Positions 8,535 to 17,941 of a DNA stretch of 64,000 nucleotides are shown piece by piece. Below the pieces are notes generated by a model, which saw only the letters and a list, made by a program, of their open reading frames with translations, did not search any database and had not been told where the DNA came from. Each line of letters begins with the position of its first letter. The first letter of the stretch is position 1. A program made the translations under genes and the position numbers. The DNA is taken from IMG/VR virus record IMGVR_UViG_3300014494_000005, positions 1 to 64,000 of that record; one strand, 5' to 3'.

Positions 8535-10022
8535 TTATTCATCAATTTTATTACATAATATGGTTGCAGTTAATTCGGGTCTTGTAAGGGCAGTATAAAA
8601 CAATTGATTTTTTTCACGTAACACCCAATTTTCTTCAAAATCGCTTAAGATGATTGTAACATGCTGATATGTAGACCCTTGCACTTTATGACAAGTTAAA
8701 AAATAGCCATAATCTAGGTCCTTGACAATAACTTCACCACTATTTCTAAGTCTACCATTTTGATATTTATCAATATTTTTCATTAATAAATTATTACGCC
8801 TGAATTCATAATATTTATTCCACATCTTCTTATTTGATTTTGCACAATCTTTAAAAAAATCGTGCATTTGTGCATATAAATGTAAATTTTTGTGGTTATT
8901 CGTATTAATAATAAAAACGTCTTCGAATTTAAATTTACCTTTGGGAAGGTCTTCACGAATTTTAACGGGATACCCACTAATTCCATAAGAATTTTCTTCT
9001 AAACCAGACTTTTCAATAACTCGATAATCAGCAGAATTTTGAATAATTATTTGATTTTGTCTATCATTTGTGATTGTTCGATATCCGCAAATAACATCAT
9101 TCACTTCAATAATATCTGCTTTATTTCCAAAAATTGCGGTTCTAACAACATTATTTGATTGCATTACAGTTTCATTTTTCCAAGCAATTCCTCGACAAAA
9201 ATTTATGTCTTTATTAAATTCTTCAGATGTGAATTTTTCCAAAACCATTTTTCTGAATTCTCTTTTATCTATAGTAAATATAATGCCCTCACCATTTATA
9301 TTAATATTAGTTTTTCTTGAAAAATTACCAGCATCAATACTCGTTAAATTATTTCTTATGATATCTGCAATCAATAATATGGGATTTGTGTCAGCTTGTC
9401 TCATAATTTCAGTGAGAATATATTTTTCAATATCTTCTTGAATAAAAACTGCAGATTCTTTTTCATTTATCGGAGGTAGCTGATGTGGGTCTCCTACGAA
9501 TAATACCTTTGTTCGACTATCTTTTGTTTTTTCTTTAATTAAATTAAAAAGGTCTTGATTTACCATTGAACTTTCATCCAAAATTACAAGGCTATAAAAT
9601 GTAATACGTGGTAAAGCGATTGGATTAAATTGAGGGAAGTTCGGTGAAAAATTTTCTAAATCCAAATCCGGACGTAAACCTAAAAGTGAGTGAAGGGTTT
9701 TGGATTCTTTTTCGGTAATATTTTGAATGATTCTGGTCGCCTTATGCGTGGGTGCTGATACTACAACACCATATCGATAATCATCTAATATTTTCTTTAT
9801 AATTGTTGATTTTCCACTACCAGCAGGTCCTTCAAGAGTAAAAAATGTTTTATCCTTTTCTTTTAGCCATTTCTTAATTCTTTGAATAGCTTCAAATTGT
9901 TGGTCATTAAATACAATTTTTTTACCATTTGGAAGAATTAGTTCATTATCAGCTACTGTTTCTTCTTCGTCTTCATTTAAAAAACTAAAAATATCATCAT
10001 TAGTTATCAATTCTTTACTCAT
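8535..10022 (-). CDS. dda: Dda-like SF1B DNA helicase
   Basis: Walker A GPAGSGKST, SAPTHKA, ILDESSMV, VGDPHQLPP, TCHKVQGSTY, YTALTRP. Confidence 0.88.
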   Translation of the reverse strand: MSKELITNDDIFSFLNEDEEETVADNELILPNGKKIVFNDQQFEAIQRIKKWLKEKDKTFFTLEGPAGSGKSTIIKKILDDYRYGVVVSAPTHKATRIIQNITEKESKTLHSLLGLRPDLDLENFSPNFPQFNPIALPRITFYSLVILDESSMVNQDLFNLIKEKTKDSRTKVLFVGDPHQLPPINEKESAVFIQEDIEKYILTEIMRQADTNPILLIADIIRNNLTSIDAGNFSRKTNININGEGIIFTIDKREFRKMVLEKFTSEEFNKDINFCRGIAWKNETVMQSNNVVRTAIFGNKADIIEVNDVICGYRTITNDRQNQIIIQNSADYRVIEKSGLEENSYGISGYPVKIREDLPKGKFKFEDVFIINTNNHKNLHLYAQMHDFFKDCAKSNKKMWNKYYEFRRNNLLMKNIDKYQNGRLRNSGEVIVKDLDYGYFLTCHKVQGSTYQHVTIILSDFEENWVLREKNQLFYTALTRPELTATILCNKIDE

Positions 10023-10261
10023 TTTGTATTAGCTAAACTAAATAAATTATATAAAATATGTCTATCTATTATTTTTGCCATAAATGCTGCATTCCAATCA
10101 GGAAATTTTGGTTCAATATTATCTTCTGATAAATTATATGCAACTTCTTTTTCAAATTGTTTGATTTCTTCATCTGTCATTTTATTTAAGAAATCTGGAA
10201 ATTTATCGTTTCTAATGATTGGTTTTTTAATTAATTCTTCTATTTTAATTGTATATTCCAT
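10019..10261 (-). CDS. Hypothetical protein
   Basis: 80-aa ORF overlapping the helicase start. Confidence 0.55.
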   Translation of the reverse strand: MEYTIKIEELIKKPIIRNDKFPDFLNKMTDEEIKQFEKEVAYNLSEDNIEPKFPDWNAAFMAKIIDRHILYNLFSLANTK

Positions 10262-10264
10262 TCT

Positions 10265-10675
10265 TTATTTTTTAAGACATTTTAAAGCACTAATTAAACT
10301 TTCCAATACATTTGCATTATCGATATATCCAGCATCTTCTTCATTAAAGAATTCAACAGTATAATTATTACATCTACTATCATAATCAATATGGTCATAA
10401 ACATCACTATCAGTATTATCTTTACATTCATCATTTGCACATGAAATCAGTATTGCTCTTTCATTTTTTAGATTATATACAAAATAATAATAAGGTGTGT
10501 TTCCAGATTCTTCTGCAGAAACATCTTCTCTTTCAAAACCTAAAGATAATAAAGTTTTTTCAGTTATTGGAAATTCTTTTATTGTTTCTTTTTTAATTAA
10601 AATTATTTTTAATTCATTCATTGCATCCCAAAGTCTTTGATATGCTTCATTTAATAATTTTTCATTGCTTTTCAT
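10265..10675 (-). CDS. Hypothetical protein
   Basis: 136-aa ORF. Confidence 0.6.
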   Translation of the reverse strand: MKSNEKLLNEAYQRLWDAMNELKIILIKKETIKEFPITEKTLLSLGFEREDVSAEESGNTPYYYFVYNLKNERAILISCANDECKDNTDSDVYDHIDYDSRCNNYTVEFFNEEDAGYIDNANVLESLISALKCLKK

Positions 10676-10685
10676 ATTTTAACTA

Positions 10686-10853
10686 TTAATTTTCAGATGT
10701 AATTTTTAATTTTTTTAAACACTTTTTACATGTTACGGCTTCTTTAATAGATGTCCATTCTTCATAAAATTCCATTCCACAAGCTGTTAACGAATAATAA
10801 GTTTCTGTATCACTTTCATTTCCATTTATTGCAGTAGCATAATGTATTTTCAT
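10686..10853 (-). CDS. Small Cys-containing protein (below ORF-track cutoff)
   Basis: MKIHYATA...TACG...VTCKKCLKKLKITSEN*, 55 aa, fills the gap between neighbours. Confidence 0.6.
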   Translation of the reverse strand: MKIHYATAINGNESDTETYYSLTACGMEFYEEWTSIKEAVTCKKCLKKLKITSEN

Positions 10854-10860
10854 ATTTCAA

Positions 10861-11454
10861 TCATTTTATATAATTACTTTGATAAAATTCGATTGCTTTT
10901 TTTATTGTTTCATTATGATTAAATGCCCAATTAAGTTTTTTATCATATTTACAATAAAAATCTGAAATTGATATCCATTGAGCTAATTTTGTTTCATTAT
11001 TTGAATAATTTTCAACATAAATTGGAAGTCTTTCAAGATGTTCATGAAAATCATATACTGAAAGATATATAAATGAAACATTTTGGCGATGATTGCCCGG
11101 ATTATCTCTGATTTCTATAGGTTTTTCATTATTATTTGTGATTAGTAAGTCATTATAATCTGGAAGATATAAACTGGTTTCTTCATATACTTCTCTTATC
11201 ATTGATTCAAAAATATTTTCATTAAAGTCAACATAACCATACGGTAAGCAATATTTATTTTTTTCATCACGCATTTTATTTGACCTTTGGGTAATAAGTA
11301 CATGCATTCCACCAACTAATGGAATAATTAATACAACTCCAACTGTTGCAATAGACCTACTTATCCAATAATCAAGATTTATAATACCTTGATTTGATTT
11401 ATGTTTAATTATTAGATGTTCATTAGGAACATTATTAAATATAGGCTTATTCAT
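10861..11454 (-). CDS. Nudix hydrolase
   Basis: Nudix box GYVDFNENIFESMIREVYEETSL. Confidence 0.85.
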   Translation of the reverse strand: MNKPIFNNVPNEHLIIKHKSNQGIINLDYWISRSIATVGVVLIIPLVGGMHVLITQRSNKMRDEKNKYCLPYGYVDFNENIFESMIREVYEETSLYLPDYNDLLITNNNEKPIEIRDNPGNHRQNVSFIYLSVYDFHEHLERLPIYVENYSNNETKLAQWISISDFYCKYDKKLNWAFNHNETIKKAIEFYQSNYIK

Positions 11455-11457
11455 AAA

Positions 11458-12021
11458 TTAAAATTTAACCCAACCATTAATAAAAGATAATGGAAGTTCA
11501 ATATAATTAATAATTCCACTCTCAGTATGTTCTTTAACTATTTCACCTATATTATTTAATTTTTCTCTTTCTAACCAATTAATTATTGATTGAATAACTT
11601 CTTCTTTTGAATCATTAGTTTTAAATTTACCAACACAACAATCCGAAACATCTTCATCGAAATAAAAAAACATAAATTTATTTGGTTTATTATTAGAATC
11701 ATAATTTTCTGCTTCAATTTCAGCAAGAATAACAATATCATCTCTAAAACAATTTAATTCAGTATGAAACATTTCGTTTTTACCTAATAAAATTTTATCT
11801 TTTAATTCACCTTTTGTATGATTATCATCGACTTTTTCATCATCTGGTGTATATCTATCGATTAAATAACACTTAATCGGATTAACATAATTAATAAATT
11901 CATTTAAAAATGTTGAAGATATATAACACCAAATAGTTCCATAAGGAATTGGATTATGTGCCACTTCTGATGGATAGTCAATACTTTCATTAAAGTAATT
12001 CCAAATTGTTTTATCTTTCAT
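11458..12021 (-). CDS. Hypothetical protein
   Basis: 187-aa ORF; TATCTTTG element upstream at ~12040. Confidence 0.65.
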   Translation of the reverse strand: MKDKTIWNYFNESIDYPSEVAHNPIPYGTIWCYISSTFLNEFINYVNPIKCYLIDRYTPDDEKVDDNHTKGELKDKILLGKNEMFHTELNCFRDDIVILAEIEAENYDSNNKPNKFMFFYFDEDVSDCCVGKFKTNDSKEEVIQSIINWLEREKLNNIGEIVKEHTESGIINYIELPLSFINGWVKF

Positions 12022-12140
12022 AATTTTTATAATTTATAATACAAAGATAATTATTATTTTTCTTTTAACGCAATTATTTTTTACAAATATAGAAATTTTT
12101 TAAATAAATACAGTATTTATCTACATAATATGTAGACAAT

Positions 12141-12293
12141 ATGAAAGAAAATAAAATTTTTTACACATTCAGAATTCATTCTAAACAATTAGTATATCTT
12201 AGAAAGAAAGCTAAGACTGAATTTACTACCGTTACACAACTAATTTTAGATTTAATAACCAAAGATATGAAAAATAATTTAAATAATGAATAA
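12141..12293 (+). CDS. Small ribbon-helix-helix-like DNA-binding protein (copy 2; not in ORF track)
   Basis: MKENKIFYTFRIHSKQLVYLRKKAKTEFTTVTQLILDLITKDMKNNLNNE*, 50 aa, clear paralog of 7556-7708. Confidence 0.7.
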   Translation: MKENKIFYTFRIHSKQLVYLRKKAKTEFTTVTQLILDLITKDMKNNLNNE

Positions 12294-13131
12294 AATATGC
12301 GGAATTTATAAAATAACTTCACCTACTGGAAAGATTTATATTGGTCAGTCTGTTGATATAAATCGTAGATTAAATTCATATAAAAGTACAAAATGTAAAA
12401 GACAACCTAAATTATATAATTCAATCATAAAATATGGTTGGAATGCCCATGAATTTGAAATAATTTGTGAATGCGAAGAATCGAAACTTAATGAATTAGA
12501 AAAATATTATATTAAACAATTTAATTGTTTTGACACTAAAAATGGTATGAATTTAACAGATGGTGGTGACCATTTTAAATTTAATGAAAAATTTAGGGAA
12601 AGAATGCGTATATTTATGAAAGATAATAAATATTGGTTGGGTAAACATCATTCTGATGAAACCAAACAAAAATTAAGTATTGCAAGTAAGGGTAGAAAAC
12701 ACACAAAAGAAAGTATATTATTGGTTGCTAATAAAAATAGAGGACAAAAACGTTCTGATGAAACCAAACAAAAAATGAGAATGGCTCAGTTAGGAAAAAA
12801 ACATACTAAAGAATCAATATTAAAAATGTGTATCGCAAGTAAGGGTAGAAACTTGGGAATGAAATTTAGTGATGAAATTAAGAAAAAAATGAGTATTGCT
12901 CAATTAGGAAAAAAATTTTCTGAAGAAGCTAAACAGAAAATGAGTATGGCACATTCTAATAATTATGAAATTTATAATCAAAATAATGAATTAATTTATA
13001 AATTCAAAAGTAATATTAAAAAAGAATTAAAAAAGTTAAAATTACCTAGAGAATCTTTTTGTAATACGTACAAATATAATATAAAAATTAATAAAGGAAA
13101 GTATAAGGATTGGTATATAATTAAATTATAA
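12286..13131 (+). CDS. GIY-YIG homing endonuclease with NUMOD3 repeats
   Basis: CGIYKITSPTGKIYIGQS; paralog of 7701-8534 including the C-terminus GKYKDWYIIKL. Confidence 0.92.
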   Translation: MNKICGIYKITSPTGKIYIGQSVDINRRLNSYKSTKCKRQPKLYNSIIKYGWNAHEFEIICECEESKLNELEKYYIKQFNCFDTKNGMNLTDGGDHFKFNEKFRERMRIFMKDNKYWLGKHHSDETKQKLSIASKGRKHTKESILLVANKNRGQKRSDETKQKMRMAQLGKKHTKESILKMCIASKGRNLGMKFSDEIKKKMSIAQLGKKFSEEAKQKMSMAHSNNYEIYNQNNELIYKFKSNIKKELKKLKLPRESFCNTYKYNIKINKGKYKDWYIIKL

Positions 13132-13143
13132 TTAATAATTCTT

Positions 13144-13641
13144 TTAAGAAACAATATCTATTTTATATTTCCTATAACTAAAAACTCTAGGCATAATACC
13201 CTCTCTTCTTAAAAGAGATAATAAAATACAACGTTCTTCTTTATAGTTATTAGATTGTATTTCAGGATTTTTAATTATAGTTATTTTACCTTCATTTGAG
13301 ACATAAAGAAGTCCCCATTTTTCAGGTAAATCATTTTCTTTTATAATTCCAATTGGACACATATAACTTCTAAATTCGCCTAGTCCTAGTTCAGGATATT
13401 TTCGCCAATATTTTTTCTTATCTACAAGAAAATCAGAACGAGACATTTTAACTTCAATTAATTGTGTTGAACGACTTGAAATTCCAAATGCATCTGGACA
13501 TTCACCAACACGGTCTAATTCACATACAACATATTGACATTTATGAAATGAATGAATTCCAGTATATCTAAGATATTTAGCAGCTTTAACACATAAATCT
13601 CTATGAGATAAATTATTAAATTTTGTTAATTTTTTCTTCAC
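13144..13641 (-). CDS. PD-(D/E)xK nuclease, MmcB-like
   Basis: ECPDAFG...LIEVKMSRSDF..D..K, LPEKWGLL. Confidence 0.65.
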   Translation of the reverse strand: MKKKLTKFNNLSHRDLCVKAAKYLRYTGIHSFHKCQYVVCELDRVGECPDAFGISSRSTQLIEVKMSRSDFLVDKKKYWRKYPELGLGEFRSYMCPIGIIKENDLPEKWGLLYVSNEGKITIIKNPEIQSNNYKEERCILLSLLRREGIMPRVFSYRKYKIDIVS

Positions 13642-13666
13642 TTTTCATTTGAATCTGCTTTAAAGG

Positions 13667-14041
13667 TTATTTTTTTGTTGTCATATAATTAATATATGAT
13701 TCAATATAAACATATGTATTATTTTTTTTACATAATTCTAAAAATTCTAAAATAACTTCTTCATTATTAAATGATATAATATATTCATATAAATCATGAA
13801 GAAAATACATTGGATGAAAATCTTTATTAGTAAAATGAGCAGAAGAATATTCTGGTTTTGCATAACTTCCTACACCGCCATCACTTAATTCATCTGTTTT
13901 ATGAATTTCAATTTTTACTCTTGCAAGTGTTATTGAAGAATGATTAGAATCTCCACAATCATCAGACCAATTTATAAATCCAAATTCTTTAAGAAGTATA
14001 TCAGTTAATAATAATTCACTAAATTCAAATGGATATTTCAT
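13667..14041 (-). CDS. Hypothetical protein
   Basis: 124-aa ORF. Confidence 0.6.
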   Translation of the reverse strand: MKYPFEFSELLLTDILLKEFGFINWSDDCGDSNHSSITLARVKIEIHKTDELSDGGVGSYAKPEYSSAHFTNKDFHPMYFLHDLYEYIISFNNEEVILEFLELCKKNNTYVYIESYINYMTTKK

Positions 14042-14060
14042 AATTTTTTAAAATCTTTTT

Positions 14061-14648
14061 TTATTCTTTAATATATTTATCAATAAATGATTGAGAAACT
14101 TGTGGAAATCTTGATTTATCATAAATCGATTTATAATGTTGTCTTAAAACAGATAATTTTATATCAGTTCTTATCCATTTATTAAGTTCATATAGGGTTT
14201 CTGCATATGAATTTTCAAAAACCTGTATGGTTTCCATTTTCCAATCACGTTTATTTTCCGGATTATTTAAAATATCTTTTAAATATTTAAAAGCAATATA
14301 TAATATATTAGTTTGAGATATTGGTTTGGTTTTATATTTTTCCCATTCATTACTACATGAATTACAATGGTTTATTTCACGTGTATTTATTATCATAATA
14401 CCTTTGATATTAATAAAACTTATTTTAATATTAATATTGCCAGTATTTTGAACACAAACAATTCGATTTATAATATTTTTTCTACTTTTACATATTGGAC
14501 ACTGACCATCATGAAAAAGTTTATTATCTTGCTGTTCTTCAATTTCTTTACGTGCAATAACATCACATTTCTTCAAAACAATTTCTTTATTATTCTGAAG
14601 AAATGCTTTTTGTGTTTTATTAGGTAAATTTAAAATTTTACGTATCAT
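14061..14648 (-). CDS. Hypothetical protein with two CxxC motifs
   Basis: CPIC and CNSC. Confidence 0.6.
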   Translation of the reverse strand: MIRKILNLPNKTQKAFLQNNKEIVLKKCDVIARKEIEEQQDNKLFHDGQCPICKSRKNIINRIVCVQNTGNINIKISFINIKGIMIINTREINHCNSCSNEWEKYKTKPISQTNILYIAFKYLKDILNNPENKRDWKMETIQVFENSYAETLYELNKWIRTDIKLSVLRQHYKSIYDKSRFPQVSQSFIDKYIKE

Positions 14649-14649
14649 A

Positions 14650-15219
14650 TCATGCTAGTTTTTTATCTCTAATTAATTCACGTAAGAATACGTTCTTAAT
14701 CCCACCAATGAAGCGTACCCATTCTTTATAATATTCTGGAAACATTTCTTGTAGTTTTTCCATGCTTTGTGTTTTAAGCATAATTATATTTTCTGCAGGT
14801 GCTGCTTCTTTTGCTTCGGGATACATTTTAATATCAAGAATATAATCCACAAAATCTGGATAATCTTTTCTGTTAAATACTCGTTCATCTACGATAAAAC
14901 ACAATGCAGTAAGTGCATCATTAAGGTCTGGTTCTTGAAAATAAGAAAATTGTATATCGTTTTGTTGTAAATCATCAGCAATTTGATTTAAACTACCCAT
15001 AACAATACCTTCAATATCTCTACGTTCATTTGTAGTACCACCATTTAAGATAATCCAAGTTTTCCAATTTCTTACAAAAATGATAAATTCTTCATCACTC
15101 CCATATTTATTAGCATATTCAAGTGCTGCATGACCACATTGTATACCAGCCTGAATACCAGTAAGTTGGTAAATTGTGAAGAAATACATTTTATATTCAA
15201 GTAATTTTTCTTCTTCCAT
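14650..15219 (-). CDS. Peptidyl-tRNA hydrolase 2-like protein
   Basis: KMYFF...GIQAGIQCGHAA, WKTWIILNGG, FQEPDLNDALTALC. Confidence 0.6.
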   Translation of the reverse strand: MEEEKLLEYKMYFFTIYQLTGIQAGIQCGHAALEYANKYGSDEEFIIFVRNWKTWIILNGGTTNERRDIEGIVMGSLNQIADDLQQNDIQFSYFQEPDLNDALTALCFIVDERVFNRKDYPDFVDYILDIKMYPEAKEAAPAENIIMLKTQSMEKLQEMFPEYYKEWVRFIGGIKNVFLRELIRDKKLA

Positions 15220-15244
15220 ATTATTTTTTAATTATAGCTTATTA

Positions 15245-15463
15245 TTAAAATTGCCAACACATTCCAACACCATCACACATTTCACATAATTCTTTTTCTA
15301 AATAATTTCTTCCCGCTTTTGTTTTTCTTTCAGTTTTTATCTCCATTATATGTAATGAGATTATTCCAATATCTATTGGGTTTGGTAAATCAAAGTAATT
15401 TATTTTTTTGCCATAACCTTCACATTCAGGACATTGCTTATATATTTTACCTTTAAAACTCAT
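15245..15463 (-). CDS. Small Zn-finger protein (CxxCxGxG x2)
   Basis: CPECEGYG and CEMCDGVG. Confidence 0.65.
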   Translation of the reverse strand: MSFKGKIYKQCPECEGYGKKINYFDLPNPIDIGIISLHIMEIKTERKTKAGRNYLEKELCEMCDGVGMCWQF

Positions 15464-15558
15464 ATTATTATTTCAACTTATTTTTTATAATTAATGATAC
15501 AAAGATATACAAAAATTGTAAATAACAATGCAATATTACGAAAAAAAATTAAATTTAA

Positions 15559-15840
15559 TTAATATTTTATTGAATCTAAGAATTCATCCTCTGTAGAAGG
15601 AGTCCAAGATACTATAAAAAACCTTTCACTTTGATTATCAATATAAACCACATAATGAAATGCATAATATTCGTTATTATTTGTTGGATAAATTACATAA
15701 TCGGAATATATTTTTATATGTCCGTCTTCAATGTTATTTTCTTTTCGAATTTCTAACGCTTGTTCATGAATATAAACAGCCATTAGTTCCACTATTTTCT
15801 TTAAACTAACATTTGCAATAATTGATGATACGGCATTCAT
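15559..15840 (-). CDS. Hypothetical protein
   Basis: 93-aa ORF. Confidence 0.55.
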   Translation of the reverse strand: MNAVSSIIANVSLKKIVELMAVYIHEQALEIRKENNIEDGHIKIYSDYVIYPTNNNEYYAFHYVVYIDNQSERFFIVSWTPSTEDEFLDSIKY

Positions 15841-15945
15841 AATAAAGACTTTATTATAAATACTTTTTTAAAAAGAAAGAAGTGTTAAATTTATATTAAT
15901 ATAAAATTTATGATGTTATTTTCCTTTAAAATTAAGGAAAATATT

Positions 15946-17871
15946 TTACAATTTTTTTAAATTTAAAAAATGTTGAACTTTTTCATCATATGAATAAATT
16001 AATTTATCATTAATTTCTTTTTGTATTAAATTTAATCCATTTTCATTACATAATTGTAAAAAATTGACAATTGAAATATCATTATTATCAATACAATGTT
16101 TTACAATTATTTTATATAAAGTAATGTGTTTATTTAATAAATCTCTTGCTCTTTTCTTTTCTTCACCTAATATATTTTCAATAATATCATTAGTTTTTTC
16201 AACATCATAATTTGATTCGTAATATGTATCTACTTCTTTTTTTAATATATTAGAAATAGTTCCATCCATAGCATAATGTCTAACATATCTTGCTGCAATA
16301 TCTGTTGCATTTATAATATCAGCAAATGCACCAGTAGATTTAAATTCCTCACCAAAAACCATTTCTTCGGCAATAAAACCAGCTAATAATATTGCTATTT
16401 GATTTCTTAAAAATGTTCTATTATCAATTGATTCATGTTCGATAATAAAACCTTTACTAAAACCAGCAGCATTGATATTTATTTGTTTTGGCGGTGTATC
16501 AAATAGTAAACAATAAAGTATAGCATGTCCAATTTCATGTATAATATATAATATTCTTTCATCAACAGATTTATTTTTATGAATATTGTCAATTTCTAAA
16601 ACAATTTCTTTTTCATATATTTTTTTATTAATATTTACAAATAAATTATTATTTTCATATTCAATATATAACTCATTAACGTTTTCACAAAAAGCATTAT
16701 ATATAAAATACGGTAAATTACTTCCAAGTATATTAAATACTGTTGAAATTGCTGGTCTTACACCTTGTGTTGGAAAAACACCATTTCTATATATTATATC
16801 ATATATATCATTAGATAATTTAATATCTATATTATGCTCATTTTTTACTTTATCAAGAATTTTTTGACAATTCATTTTAATGATTGTATAATATGATTTT
16901 TTATCTAAACATGGATATATTACATGATTATTTCCAAAACGAGCAATTTGTTCTGGTTTAAATTGATGTGATAATGCTTGTTTAATATTAATAATATTAA
17001 CTCTTTTTGATAATTCATGATATACATCAGCATCAGTATCGCTATCATCAACTTCATCCGACATTTTGAATGCACTATCTAAGTTTCCAGAAATAAAAAT
17101 TAAAAGTTTTTCATATGATTTACCTTCATTAATATTATCAGCTTTTAAACTATTTTGAACCAGAAATATTCTTTCTTCTGCATCCATTTCCATTATTTCT
17201 TCAATAGTATTATTTAAATTAAGAGTTTTCTTTATTCTACTTGCTGTCCAATGTGAGGTTTTAAATCTACGTTTTTTTAAAACTTTAATTTTATTAGATT
17301 GTTCATCTTTTTTTGATTCAATATCTTTTGGTTCTTCCTCATTATCTCTTGCATCAAGCCAATACATTTCATCAAAAAGCATTTCCATAATTTGAACTTT
17401 ACGTTCAGAATTATTTTGAAACCTACCATCTGAAAGTAATGTCCAAACATCATTAAAATACTTGTTTTCAAGCATTTTTCCGTTTTCATCTAAAGTACGA
17501 TAACGTTGAATTTCATCGAGTAATAATACTGCAGGTTCTTTTGTATCAATACCACCACTTTCTAAAAAACTTTCAATGTTTTTCATGTAATCGTTTTTCA
17601 TATCCATTTGAATTTCAATGAACTTATCAGTAAATTTTAATAAGCTCACAAGAGTTCTAACTAAATCAGTTTTACCAACACCAGTTATACCCCATAATGA
17701 AATTATAAGTGGTCTGAATTGAATATTTGGCATTAAATACCAGAGGGAAATATAATCGATTATTTTGTCAATAACATTATCGATTCCAATAAATTTTTCT
17801 TTTAATTTTATTTTAATTTCTTCGAGTTTTTCTCTTTTCTCTTTGATTTGATTAAAAAAATCTTTATTCAT
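15946..17871 (-). CDS. AAA+ ATPase fused to an FtsH/M41-like zinc peptidase
   Basis: Walker A GITGVGKT, Walker B LLLDE, FKPEQIARFG, HEIGH zinc motif, LAGFIAEE...GA..DI..AT; no TM segment. Confidence 0.8.
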   Translation of the reverse strand: MNKDFFNQIKEKREKLEEIKIKLKEKFIGIDNVIDKIIDYISLWYLMPNIQFRPLIISLWGITGVGKTDLVRTLVSLLKFTDKFIEIQMDMKNDYMKNIESFLESGGIDTKEPAVLLLDEIQRYRTLDENGKMLENKYFNDVWTLLSDGRFQNNSERKVQIMEMLFDEMYWLDARDNEEEPKDIESKKDEQSNKIKVLKKRRFKTSHWTASRIKKTLNLNNTIEEIMEMDAEERIFLVQNSLKADNINEGKSYEKLLIFISGNLDSAFKMSDEVDDSDTDADVYHELSKRVNIINIKQALSHQFKPEQIARFGNNHVIYPCLDKKSYYTIIKMNCQKILDKVKNEHNIDIKLSNDIYDIIYRNGVFPTQGVRPAISTVFNILGSNLPYFIYNAFCENVNELYIEYENNNLFVNINKKIYEKEIVLEIDNIHKNKSVDERILYIIHEIGHAILYCLLFDTPPKQININAAGFSKGFIIEHESIDNRTFLRNQIAILLAGFIAEEMVFGEEFKSTGAFADIINATDIAARYVRHYAMDGTISNILKKEVDTYYESNYDVEKTNDIIENILGEEKKRARDLLNKHITLYKIIVKHCIDNNDISIVNFLQLCNENGLNLIQKEINDKLIYSYDEKVQHFLNLKKL

Positions 17872-17941
17872 ATATATAATATTTTTAATTGTCAAATATA
17901 AACATTATAAAAATAATAAACAATTAAAAAATATTATTATT

